Below, piece after piece: positions 17,327 through 25,820 of a stretch of 41,049 bases of DNA. Both the position numbers and the translations under genes were made by a program. The notes beneath the pieces are model-generated. The model was given only the letters and a program-made list of their open reading frames with translations. It ran no database searches and was not told the DNA's origin. The stretch comes from a virus (lineage: Duplodnaviria; Caudoviricetes). The stretch is taken from positions 1-41,049 of IMG/VR virus record IMGVR_UViG_3300044580_000040, one strand, 5' to 3'. The number at the start of each line of letters is the position of its first letter. Position 1 is the first letter of the stretch.

Positions 17327-17807
17327 CCGCCGTCACCCGGACATAATCCGTGCCGTTGTGCATGACTACAGCAGTTTTTCCAGCCGCAATCGATACGCCG
17401 GTACCTCCGCTGATTTTGATCGTTACCGTCCCGCTGAGGCTTGCATTTCGGACAATAAAGACTTTCCCGGTGGTATCGGGAGCTATGATCGAGATAGCGC
17501 CGCTGCCGCTGCTGATCGAGAGAAGGGAACATATCCATTCTGTCGCGGACAGCACCCAGGACTCGGCCAGGGTGATTACTTTTGATGCCACGGCGCCCAG
17601 GTTGAGACCGGTGATCTTGCCGCCGTCCTCGATCGCTATGGTTCCCCCGCTTTCCACGGTTATTGTGCCGCCGTCCGCCGCCACCAGTTCATCGCCGCCC
17701 TGCTTATTGTAAATCTTCGGGCCGTATGTGGGATCTGCCGCAAAGGAAAGGGCGGAGAAGGCAACAAGCAGGAAAACGGCCAGAGATGCTATGAGATACT
17801 TTTTCAT
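17313..17807 (-). CDS. Signal-peptide-bearing head fibre/decoration-like protein
   Basis: AAGGAGG SD before ATG 17807; MKKYLIASLAVFLLVAFSALSFAA, then YGPKIYNKQGGDELV...GGTITVESGG. Confidence 0.65.
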   Translation of the reverse strand: MKKYLIASLAVFLLVAFSALSFAADPTYGPKIYNKQGGDELVAADGGTITVESGGTIAIEDGGKITGLNLGAVASKVITLAESWVLSATEWICSLLSISSGSGAISIIAPDTTGKVFIVRNASLSGTVTIKISGGTGVSIAAGKTAVVMHNGTDYVRVTADATH

Positions 17808-17817
17808 TCCAACCTCC

Positions 17818-18243
17818 TTAGATCGCGGGGACATCGAGGCCATGACCCTTGACCACTGTAACGCCGAGGATCACGCCGTTTGCGTTTGCGCCCACTTCCG
17901 CGACGGTGAGCTTCAGGTAGCGTTTCCCGCCGATGTAACCGAATTTTACGATTTTGCTGGTGTAGTCATCATTGTCGCAGTCGATCGTGTAGATGACCCC
18001 GTCCGCCGGGGTTGCGCCCTGGATGTCTGCGGCTGCGACGTCGGCGAACTGGTCCGTGTCGGAATGCTCGGCCTTGAGGGTAATGGTCCCCGTGTCGGCG
18101 GATTTTGATCCGATGGAAAGCTCGATTACGGCGGAATTAAACCCCGCCAGGTCAACAGTTGCGGCGGCGGGCACGGTGGCGTCCAAAACAAGTACGGGCT
18201 TTATCGCCTGTACGAATTCTATATGGTTGTAAAGGTCTTTCAT
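17818..18243 (-). CDS. Capsid cement/decoration protein (Bbp16-like jelly roll)
   Basis: Directly after the capsid gene; EHSD...YIGGKRYLKL motif. Confidence 0.7.
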   Translation of the reverse strand: MKDLYNHIEFVQAIKPVLVLDATVPAAATVDLAGFNSAVIELSIGSKSADTGTITLKAEHSDTDQFADVAAADIQGATPADGVIYTIDCDNDDYTSKIVKFGYIGGKRYLKLTVAEVGANANGVILGVTVVKGHGLDVPAI

Positions 18244-18269
18244 GGTGTTTTACCTCCTGTTTTGGTTAA

Positions 18270-18289
18270 GGGGCGAGTTTCCCCGCCCC
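18270..18289 (-). terminator. GC-rich hairpin after the capsid gene (partial terminator or mRNA stabiliser)
   Basis: GGGGCGGG-GAAA-CTCGCCCC on the minus strand, short U-tract. Confidence 0.6.
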
Positions 18290-18296
18290 GTATTTT

Positions 18297-19511
18297 TTAG
18301 CTTGCCGTTATTTTGAGGGCCTTGATCGCCTCGTACATCACGATGCCGCCGCCGGTCTTTTTCGTGGTGTAAAACTCCACGTAAGGTTTGGAAGAGTACG
18401 GGTCACGAAGCATCCGCACACCGAAACGGTCGACGATGGTGTACGCCTCGTTCCAATCCGCGAACCAGATCGGATATTTCCCGGCGCCGATGTCATCAAC
18501 GTAATCGTCAATGACGATAGGCTTTCCCAAGAGCGTGTCGGGGGCGTTCTCTGCAAGTCCCGGCCTCCAGAGGTAGTTACCTTCGCCGTCCTTGAACTTG
18601 CGAAGAGCAAGCAGGGTATTGTCGTTCATGAGCCACTTTGCCGGACCCCTGTAACCCGTTTTAAGAGCGTGCTGGAGGTCGAAAATCTTATCCGCGTTGT
18701 TAAGCAGGGAAGCGTGACCGCTGGCGATATACCCGACTTTGCCCCATGTGTATGAAGCGTTGGCCACCGTGCTGTACGAGCTGATACCCTTTGCCTGTTT
18801 CACGCCGTCGCCGCTCCAGAACCATGTTCCCTCACGGGCCGCGAATGTCCGGCCGATGAACTTGCCGACGAAGCCTTCGGTGTTGAAAGCGGGGTCATCG
18901 AGCATGGTCTGTGTGACCTTCGGCTTTGCGGACATCTCCTTGACAAAAATGGACACCTCAGCGAAGGTCGGGGTGTCGGTCGTGCTTCTGGAGCTTTTCT
19001 CCGTCGCGTCCTCGGAACTTTCGCCAAGCTGATCGACGAGGGTTTTGTACTCATCCGACGTGATTGTTACGACGTTGGCAAGCTCGCGCATTTTGGACGC
19101 CGCGCTGAGAACTTCTTTCATCGGCCCCATTACAGGATCGGACGTGAGGAATCCGCCGTCGGGGTCAGAAAGGGTGGACATTTCGGCTTTAACCTCAAGA
19201 TCGCGCAGGCCAGCGTCTACGCCTGTCCTCATCCATTTGCCAAAGGCCTTGGCATGCTCTGCCTTGGCGCCACCGTCCTTGGCTCCACCGGGGAACTGAC
19301 CACGGGCAACGGCCGTTTCGATCTTCTCGAGCTGCGCCTTCATCTCGGACAGTTTGGAGATATCGGCGTTGATCTTCTCGACCTTCTCAGCCAGAACAGG
19401 ATCAACGGTCCCCTTGGCCTCAAGGTCTTTGATCCTTTTGTCGTTTTCGGTCTTGAACTGCTCAAAAGCAGTGCCAAGGGCCTGAATGGTGTCTTTCAAT
19501 TCCTTTTCCAT
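18297..19511 (-). CDS. Major capsid protein, HK97 fold
   Basis: N-terminal coiled-coil delta domain; DGGFL, KDGEGNYLWRPG, LLGKPI and LRDPYSSKPYV motifs. Confidence 0.97.
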   Translation of the reverse strand: MEKELKDTIQALGTAFEQFKTENDKRIKDLEAKGTVDPVLAEKVEKINADISKLSEMKAQLEKIETAVARGQFPGGAKDGGAKAEHAKAFGKWMRTGVDAGLRDLEVKAEMSTLSDPDGGFLTSDPVMGPMKEVLSAASKMRELANVVTITSDEYKTLVDQLGESSEDATEKSSRSTTDTPTFAEVSIFVKEMSAKPKVTQTMLDDPAFNTEGFVGKFIGRTFAAREGTWFWSGDGVKQAKGISSYSTVANASYTWGKVGYIASGHASLLNNADKIFDLQHALKTGYRGPAKWLMNDNTLLALRKFKDGEGNYLWRPGLAENAPDTLLGKPIVIDDYVDDIGAGKYPIWFADWNEAYTIVDRFGVRMLRDPYSSKPYVEFYTTKKTGGGIVMYEAIKALKITAS

Positions 19512-19512
19512 C

Positions 19513-20346
19513 TTAATTGCCTCCCGTTATTTTCTTTTTGAGTGCTTCTATTTCCGCTATGGCCTCACCAGCGTCACGCAGGGGCTTGTAGCGTTCTGCA
19601 ACGATCATCTTGGCAAAAGTCCGGCTTGCTCCTGCGTCACGCAGGGCACGCTCTATCTCTCTTTCGTCAAGTTCTCTTCCTTCCTTGCTGTCTGTTATCC
19701 CGTCCGGCGCGTTGGCAAACATGGACAGGTCAAACTGCGCCTTTGCCGCCTTGCCGTCGATAATGGTGTCAATGAAGCCTTTCTCTTTGGCCTCTTTGGC
19801 GGTTAGCCACGTTTCATCCTTCATCATCTGCTTGGCTTCTTTCTTGCCTACAGAGGAATTGCCGGAATAGATGTCGATCATGTTGCCGCTGATCTTCTCC
19901 AGAATGTCAGCCATTTCCCGGAGGTCATATTGATTGCCCGCCGTGTAGATCCACGGCTCGTGAATCATGACCATGGCATTCTTGTATGCCTGTACTTCCT
20001 TGCCCGCGAGAGCGATAACTGAGGCGGCGGAAGCGGCCAGCGATTCAATACGGGTAACTACCTTTGATTTGTGGGATTGCAGGGCGTTGAATATCGCCAT
20101 GGCATCGAACACGTCACCACCGGGGCTATTTATCCTCACGGTGATGGTTTTCTGCTTCATCTCGGCAAGGGCACGAACCAGATCGCCGGCATCGTTGAAG
20201 GGCCAGCCTATAATGTCATAAATGAGAACCTCGGCCTCGTCATCGGAAAGGGCCTCGACCTTGTACCAATCCTTTTTATCGAGAGTCTTGCCCCAAAACC
20301 GGGCCGTCGCTTCGGCTCCATGTTTATTTCTGTACTTTAGGTTCAT
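19513..20346 (-). CDS. ClpP-like prohead maturation protease
   Basis: INSPGGDVF, LAASAASVI, MIHEP and ETWLTAKEA motifs. Confidence 0.95.
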   Translation of the reverse strand: MNLKYRNKHGAEATARFWGKTLDKKDWYKVEALSDDEAEVLIYDIIGWPFNDAGDLVRALAEMKQKTITVRINSPGGDVFDAMAIFNALQSHKSKVVTRIESLAASAASVIALAGKEVQAYKNAMVMIHEPWIYTAGNQYDLREMADILEKISGNMIDIYSGNSSVGKKEAKQMMKDETWLTAKEAKEKGFIDTIIDGKAAKAQFDLSMFANAPDGITDSKEGRELDEREIERALRDAGASRTFAKMIVAERYKPLRDAGEAIAEIEALKKKITGGN

Positions 20347-21568
20347 CGCCCTTATCCCCCTTGCTGTCCTTCACGGTCGACGTTCTGGTCCTGTACTCGT
20401 CGCCGCCTTCATACGGGTTCTTGTCCATCATCTCTCGGCACTCATTGGGGCTCAGGATTTCCGTGTTGACGGCTATTTGAAAGCCTTCCATCTGTTCTTT
20501 GAAAGAGCCACGTTGTAGCCCGCGCTCCTGAAACTTGGCGTAATAGGTTTTTCTTTCTTCGGGTGATAGAAGATCCCGGCGGATCGCCTTTTCAAAGTTG
20601 ACCAGCCATGGCATAACGGCATAGATGATGAAACCAATGTTGAACTGCTCCGCGCTAGCGTAGGTCGGCGTGTTTTCCCCGGAGTTCATGACGGTCAGCG
20701 GATGACCAAAGAAGATGTCCACTATTTCCGATTTCTGGAACTTGCGGAGTTCAAGAAACTGAGCGTCTTTCGGGTCGATGGTTATTTTCTGGTATTTCAT
20801 CCCCGATTCGAGGAGCATGATTCGGTGCGATTTGCCGAGACCGCCATACACTTCATCCGCTACCTGGCGAAAGGTCGCAGGGTCTTTCAGGGATGGGCCT
20901 GTCTGCTCGATCACGGCGCCCGGATGAAGCCCCTGCCCGAAATACCTTGCCCCGAATTCTTCCGCTCCAATGGCAAAGCCGATCGCTTCACGCATGTACT
21001 GGATGGGATTCACGCCCATGTAGCCATTCACCACCATGCCGCGCAGGTGCATGATCTGACTGCCCGGGACATCCTTTCTTGTTCCATCGGGAAACGTGCA
21101 TTTGTAGACCAGTTCGTAATTCGGGAGTTGCTTCACTTCATCTACGATACCTGGAGCAAGCGGGATAAGCTCACGCACAGGGCCGGTAAGGGACAATCCC
21201 CGGTTTTTGATTGCGAAGAAATTGCCGCGAAGGGCGACGTGGTTCATTGCCATGCCCCAAAACTCAGGGGCCGTCATCCACTCGTTCGGCTGATCGTGAA
21301 GAAGTTCGTAGAGGTAGAAATCTTCGGCGAGGCTCCGTATCTTGCCCTGCTTCTGCATGACGTGACAGGGGAGCATTCCGGCGACGCGGGACAGTATGTT
21401 AACACAGGAATAAACAGTGGCTTGGCGCATGGCGGTATCGGGGCTGACTGACACGCCGGATGCTGTAGGCGTACCACCGGAAGCGGCGATAAGCCTCTTG
21501 AGGGCTTCGGAGAGCGTTAGTGTGGCTTTAGGTAGGAATTTCTGCTTTATCCATGTCCCTATGCTCAA
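20324..21568 (-). CDS. Portal protein, HK97 family
   Basis: VYSCVNILS, PNEWMT, IMHLRG, DAQFLELRKF and LSPNECR motifs; start uncertain (TTG 21568 or ATG 21628). Confidence 0.95.
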   Translation of the reverse strand: MSIGTWIKQKFLPKATLTLSEALKRLIAASGGTPTASGVSVSPDTAMRQATVYSCVNILSRVAGMLPCHVMQKQGKIRSLAEDFYLYELLHDQPNEWMTAPEFWGMAMNHVALRGNFFAIKNRGLSLTGPVRELIPLAPGIVDEVKQLPNYELVYKCTFPDGTRKDVPGSQIMHLRGMVVNGYMGVNPIQYMREAIGFAIGAEEFGARYFGQGLHPGAVIEQTGPSLKDPATFRQVADEVYGGLGKSHRIMLLESGMKYQKITIDPKDAQFLELRKFQKSEIVDIFFGHPLTVMNSGENTPTYASAEQFNIGFIIYAVMPWLVNFEKAIRRDLLSPEERKTYYAKFQERGLQRGSFKEQMEGFQIAVNTEILSPNECREMMDKNPYEGGDEYRTRTSTVKDSKGDKGDEPKVQK

Positions 21569-21653
21569 TTCATGCCACCCGTCCTTGCGCAAGAAGCGGT
21601 AATGCTGATAAGGACAGGTTACGGGCATCTGCTCATAAGGTCAAAGCGGGTTA

Positions 21654-21716
21654 GGGGTACATTTGAGGTACATCAGGGGTACAAAATGGTAGCAAAATGG
21701 GTACAAAAAGCATACA
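21654..21716. repeat. Six phased GGTACA-type direct repeats with ~11-bp period upstream of the portal gene
   Basis: GGTACA at 21656, 21667, 21678 and 21700; variants GGTAGCA at 21688 and CATACA at 21711. Confidence 0.75.
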
Positions 21717-21884
21717 TCAGAAATTTCTTTCCTTTTCTCGGTATGCCTCGACGCTCAGAACGGGTGTTCTCTCGTCATAATTCAACAATTTCAGCTTCTT
21801 GAGTATACGCTTCGCAGTCCTCTTGTCCTTCACGTCGAGAACCTTGCAGATGCTTTTCCATCCCCGAAGCTGTAATTGTGTCAA
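21717..21884 (-). CDS. Small basic excisionase/MerR-like wHTH protein (55 aa)
   Basis: AAGGAGG SD plus TTG; LRGWKSICKVLDVKDKRTAKRILKK; hand-translated. Confidence 0.65.
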   Translation of the reverse strand: MTQLQLRGWKSICKVLDVKDKRTAKRILKKLKLLNYDERTPVLSVEAYREKERNF

Positions 21885-21940
21885 TGTATGTCCTCCTTTT
21901 CATCCGGCCGGAGAAGTTCTTTGTTGGGTAGGGTGCTCAA
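21881..21940 (-). pseudogene. N-terminal stub of an HTH_17-like gene (LSTLPNKELLRPDE...)
   Basis: TTG overlaps the terminase stop; the sequence resembles HTH_17 N-termini and stops after 19 codons. Confidence 0.45.
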
Positions 21941-23523
21941 AACGCCATCCTCGCTTTGATTTCTTCTGCGGTCATGCCCTCGTAAACGCTTGGCTCCGGC
22001 TGCTTTGACATATCCCGGCTCTTTAGCCCGACAGCCATTGCAAGGGCCACCGCACCGTCTATGCGGAAACGGGTTTTGCTCTTGTCAAGTTTTCGGTTGC
22101 CTGCCGGATCACTGATGCTCATTGCGTTGCTGATGTTCCACGTCAATACCGGGTTGCCATCGTGGGATAATTTGCGTTCCAGGATGGACACCTCCATCGC
22201 ATCGATAGCCGGCGCCATATCCTTGAATCCCTGCCCCCAGGGTACAAGACGCAAAGCCCCTGCCCGCGGCTCATCCTTCCCGTCAACATAGGCATCGAGG
22301 CCGATACGATTGCAAGCATTCAGAAAGTCGTCAACACTCCATCGGTCATAGGCCATTCCGAGGACGTTGTACTCTTTCATTATCCCTGCCAGGCGTTCGG
22401 CCACGAAATCATAGTTTACCGCCCGGCCCGGTGTGGCCTCGATGTAGCCCTGCCGTTTCCATGTCCAGTAGGGCACTCGGTCGCGGTTCTCGTGTTCGCG
22501 GATGGTATCGCCTGGCTTCCAGAACCACGCCTTGATAGCGTCGCTGTCTCCGTCTGACACACCCACAAGCGCAGTAAGGTCTATTTTTCCCGACAGGTCA
22601 AGGGCAAGGTAAATACTCGATCCCGGTTCAATCTTTACATCTCCCTTGCATCCTTCCCACTCGGCGCGGGCTATCAATGGCGACTTGGCATCTACCCGCT
22701 GGTTGCAGTAAAGATTCCTGAAAGCGGCCTCAAAGGATGGCATACGCTTTGCCCGTTTCGCCGCCGTCCGCATTTCCGGCAGGGACCGGAAATCACCGAG
22801 GGCCGGGTTCGCCTTCTTCCAGTTCTTCTCGTCGAACACGTCGACGTCTTCGGGGATCTCGTACAAATGACACACGGTTGACGGATCGCGCCCGGATATG
22901 CCGTCATCGATGAGTTGAGACAAAATGTGCTGCGGGTCGTTGCTCTGTGTACTGATGACAACAAAAAGCGGTTCCTCTCGGGCGGCCATCGAGGTATCAA
23001 GGGCATCATATAGTTCCCGGTTCTTTGCCTGTGCAAGCTCATCATAGATTACGACCGTGGGGTTAAGGCCGAACTTGGTCCCTGCCTCGGCTGACACTGC
23101 CCGATAGATAGAACCATTCGAGAAACAAACCATCGTTTTCGTGCTGTCCACGATCTTGATGAGGGAAAGCAGTTCCCCATCAGCCCGGACTATCTGAGCC
23201 GCATATTTGAATATCAACGCTGCCTGCTCCCGGTCATTCGCTGCCGAATAGATTTCCCCGTTTATCACTGCTTCGGGACCGACAAGATGGACAAGGGCAA
23301 GGGCCGCAATAAGGACGGATTTTCCATTCTTACGCCCCATTGCCAGAATTGCCCGGCGGACGATTCGTATGTCGGCTTTCTCCGGCCCGTAAACATCCTG
23401 GATGAACTTTTTCTGAAAGGGACGGAGCTTGAACGGTTTTCCCGCGCCCTTGCCAGACGGGACAATGAGATTCTCAATGAACTTGATTATCTTTCTTACG
23501 CGCTCGCTACTTTTTTCCGCCAT
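21937..23523 (-). CDS. terL: Terminase large subunit
   Basis: GRKNGKS Walker A, IYDEL Walker B, LDLSGKIDLTA and RIDGAVA nuclease motifs. Confidence 0.97.
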   Translation of the reverse strand: MAEKSSERVRKIIKFIENLIVPSGKGAGKPFKLRPFQKKFIQDVYGPEKADIRIVRRAILAMGRKNGKSVLIAALALVHLVGPEAVINGEIYSAANDREQAALIFKYAAQIVRADGELLSLIKIVDSTKTMVCFSNGSIYRAVSAEAGTKFGLNPTVVIYDELAQAKNRELYDALDTSMAAREEPLFVVISTQSNDPQHILSQLIDDGISGRDPSTVCHLYEIPEDVDVFDEKNWKKANPALGDFRSLPEMRTAAKRAKRMPSFEAAFRNLYCNQRVDAKSPLIARAEWEGCKGDVKIEPGSSIYLALDLSGKIDLTALVGVSDGDSDAIKAWFWKPGDTIREHENRDRVPYWTWKRQGYIEATPGRAVNYDFVAERLAGIMKEYNVLGMAYDRWSVDDFLNACNRIGLDAYVDGKDEPRAGALRLVPWGQGFKDMAPAIDAMEVSILERKLSHDGNPVLTWNISNAMSISDPAGNRKLDKSKTRFRIDGAVALAMAVGLKSRDMSKQPEPSVYEGMTAEEIKARMAF

Positions 23524-23998
23524 TTATCAGCCCTTCAAACTTGGATTTCTTGCCCCTGCCAGGATCAATGGCAAGACGAATCTTGGCTATTTCAGTGCCG
23601 CCGAATTCTGTCGCATACCGGATCATATCGGCGCGAGCCGCCTTCGCCACGAGCTTTAGCTGGTTCGGGATGATGTTACCGTTGCTGGTCTGCTGGATCA
23701 GCGTTGCAAGGCCGCTTTTTTCCTTCCTGATCCTGTTCAATTCCTCTGTCGCCGTCCTCCAATCGGAATAGGCATCACAGTATGCGATGACCGCCGGAAC
23801 GGTGAGGTCGGAGATAAGGCCGAGGGCGAGGAGCACGGGCGTCACCCTGTTCCATTCCTCAAGGGCGTAGTCGTTCAGGACGGCAGGTGGGGCCGGAATA
23901 CGACTATCGGGTTCGGGTTCGCCTTTGGGGAGTTTCTGCTTACCGGGATTTCCACAGAGCAGTTTGAGTTTCGTCGGCAGGGGTTTACGGCCTTTCAT
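23507..23998 (-). CDS. terS: Terminase small subunit, P27 family
   Basis: MKGRKPLPTKLKLLCGNPGK; GGAGG SD. Confidence 0.92.
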   Translation of the reverse strand: MKGRKPLPTKLKLLCGNPGKQKLPKGEPEPDSRIPAPPAVLNDYALEEWNRVTPVLLALGLISDLTVPAVIAYCDAYSDWRTATEELNRIRKEKSGLATLIQQTSNGNIIPNQLKLVAKAARADMIRYATEFGGTEIAKIRLAIDPGRGKKSKFEGLINGGKK

Positions 23999-25041
23999 TT
24001 TATTCCTCCGATAGTTGGAGCGTCCGGGTGAGCGCTGCACTCCCGCTGTTCCGGCTGGTCGCCGGTCATCGCCTGCTTCGGACGCTTATTTTGGAGCGTG
24101 ACGGTCGGCGTAATATCGCCAAACTCAACAACCCCTATATCAGCCGTGGCTTTTTTGGCATCGCCCTTAATGAACACCAGCACGTTTTGATGTGTCTTGC
24201 CTAGCTTGCGCCCTGATTCAAATTGACGCCCTACACGAATTGGCAGGGAACCGACAGCCGTTACAAGTATGGCCTCGTTGTAAAACTTCAGGCCGCAATC
24301 CGTAAAAGCCTTAATTGTATCCGGCACAAAGCCGTAATGGTTGCCTTTCTTGTCCCTTACCTCGCCCACAACAAAGCAGGCGAAGCGGTTATCTTTCAGC
24401 ATGGCGCAACTTTTCTTGATTATTTCCCGGTATGCCTCAATAAAATCAGGATATGGCATAGTGGACAGGTCTTGCGGGTCATCACTGTAAACTTCAAGGT
24501 CTGCATAGGGAGGGCATGAAAAAACAAAGTCTGCCTGAACGCCGGGACATAATGCGTCAATCTCCCGGCTATCGCCTATATACCAAACCGGAATATCGTC
24601 TTTACAAATAGCCGCAGCCTGTTTTCGGTTCGCTTCAATCTGCCGTTCAGATAGATCAACACCGATATATTTCCGGCCTAATTTCGCCGCCACAATGCCC
24701 CGGACGCTGCCACCGGCGAATGGGTCAAGGATTAAGCCGTCCGGAGGACAGAACCAGCGATAAGCGAGTTCACAGAGAACAGGGTCGAAGATTGATGTGC
24801 CTGATTGTTCGCTTGCGTTGCCTTCCGTGCCAAAGACTTTGGCATGGCTATCGCCCGTTTTTTGCAAGGCTTTTAAGCGGTCTTGCGACGAGTTACTCGT
24901 CGCAGTGGCTTTCTTATTTTTTGCTCTATCTAATTGGCAATGCGCCCCCCCCGGAATTGCGTTTGCTTTTCTCACTTTATAACGCCCCCCCCGTTTAAGT
25001 ATGTCTTTTTCGTTTGGTGCTATTGCGCCTAGTGTTTTCAT
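23995..25041 (-). CDS. DNA amino-methyltransferase (N4-mC/N6-mA type)
   Basis: TSIFDPVLCE, LDPFAGGSVRG (motif I), FSCPPY (motif IV), GKTHQNVLVF. Confidence 0.9.
   Translation of the reverse strand: MKTLGAIAPNEKDILKRGGRYKVRKANAIPGGAHCQLDRAKNKKATATSNSSQDRLKALQKTGDSHAKVFGTEGNASEQSGTSIFDPVLCELAYRWFCPPDGLILDPFAGGSVRGIVAAKLGRKYIGVDLSERQIEANRKQAAAICKDDIPVWYIGDSREIDALCPGVQADFVFSCPPYADLEVYSDDPQDLSTMPYPDFIEAYREIIKKSCAMLKDNRFACFVVGEVRDKKGNHYGFVPDTIKAFTDCGLKFYNEAILVTAVGSLPIRVGRQFESGRKLGKTHQNVLVFIKGDAKKATADIGVVEFGDITPTVTLQNKRPKQAMTGDQPEQRECSAHPDAPTIGGIK
24884..24904. repeat. Perfect 21-bp inverted repeat
   Basis: TGCGACGAGT-T-ACTCGTCGCA. Confidence 0.8.
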
Positions 25042-25177
25042 GTTATCGGCCTGCCTCGTCCATCGCCTCTTTGTTTTTTACTGTAATCACACGCCGGTCT
25101 TGCGCTGCCGCCCGGTTCCGATAAAAATTGAGGTTTTCCGTGGTCACCTGATCCGCTGTCATTAACAACCCCCCCCC
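24945..25177 (-). repeat. Three homopolymer G tracts (G8 24945-24952, G8 24985-24992, G9 25169-25177)
   Basis: Counted directly; both G8 tracts lie in the context CGGGGGGGGCG. Confidence 0.85.
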
Positions 25178-25712
25178 TACCTAATTCGCTTTTTATACCT
25201 AGCGCAATCCATGCCGCCTTTCTGTCTTGCCACTATCCCTCGCGGGCGTTTAATACGGAAAAAGGCGGCACCCCGAAACGATCTGCAAGGTTTCCACTTC
25301 CTGTTTGTTGACCTCCATCACCACCACCCGGATTCATCCAATCCTCCGGCAAATCCACACCCCACTCGACAAGAGGAAGGTCGCTCCACAGATTCGCAAG
25401 GGCGTCCATGTCCCACGAGCCGAACGCGCTGTTATCCTTGATGACAAATTCCCGCTTCTGGTCGACCGTGAGGCCGGTGACAATCTTGGCGACGCACTCT
25501 TTTTCCCCGATCTGTTTCAGGGCCCGGTACCGCATATTCCCGCCGAGGATGATGTTGTTTTCGTCAACGATGATCTCCCGAAGTTCCAGCATTTCAGGAA
25601 AATCTTGCAGGGATTTGACGAGGCGTTCCATCTCGACCTTGCCGATTTTCCGAGGATTGGTGGGATTTGGTTTGATCTGTGATAGTTTCAGTTTTTTGGT
25701 TGTAATTTCCAT
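25038..25712 (-). pseudogene. ParB/Srx N-terminal protein interrupted by an in-frame TAG at 25233-25235
   Basis: NPTNPRKI, ILGGNMRYRA and IKDN motifs; the frame continues PPFSVLNAREG*WQDRKAAWIALGIKSELGRGG and ends in an ATGA overlap with the MTase. Confidence 0.75.
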
Positions 25713-25744
25713 GTTGACCCCTTATGCCAATTTGTCGGACACTA

Positions 25745-25805
25745 AATTGCGACTGCCAGCGCGGTTTCTTCCGGCAAAAATCTGAAAGAATCGGCATAGC
25801 CCCCT
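25745..25805 (-). other. Probable cos packaging region
   Basis: Non-coding stretch downstream of HNH and upstream of the ParB-MTase/terS block, with a GGGGG run then ACCGCGCTGGCAG, as in HK97/P27-like 3'-cos phages. Confidence 0.45.
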
Positions 25806-25820
25806 ATGTACTTGATATTA

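Noticed and set aside
21654-21716. Repeats as a mini-CRISPR array
   Set aside because: The unit is 6 bp with an 11-bp period, far too short and without spacers.
4129-23771. Many long plus-strand ORFs across the structural region (e.g. 4129..4986, 14895..15617, 20702..21451)
   Set aside because: GC-rich antisense shadows of clearly identified minus-strand genes, with no motifs.
25233-25235. Genome-wide TAG recoding (alternative genetic code)
   Set aside because: TAG ends several genes at the expected lengths, and the other conserved genes are uninterrupted.
25233-25712. ParB as evidence of a plasmid-prophage partition system
   Set aside because: Only the ParB/Srx N-terminal domain typical of MTase-linked genes next to terminase is present, with no ParA.
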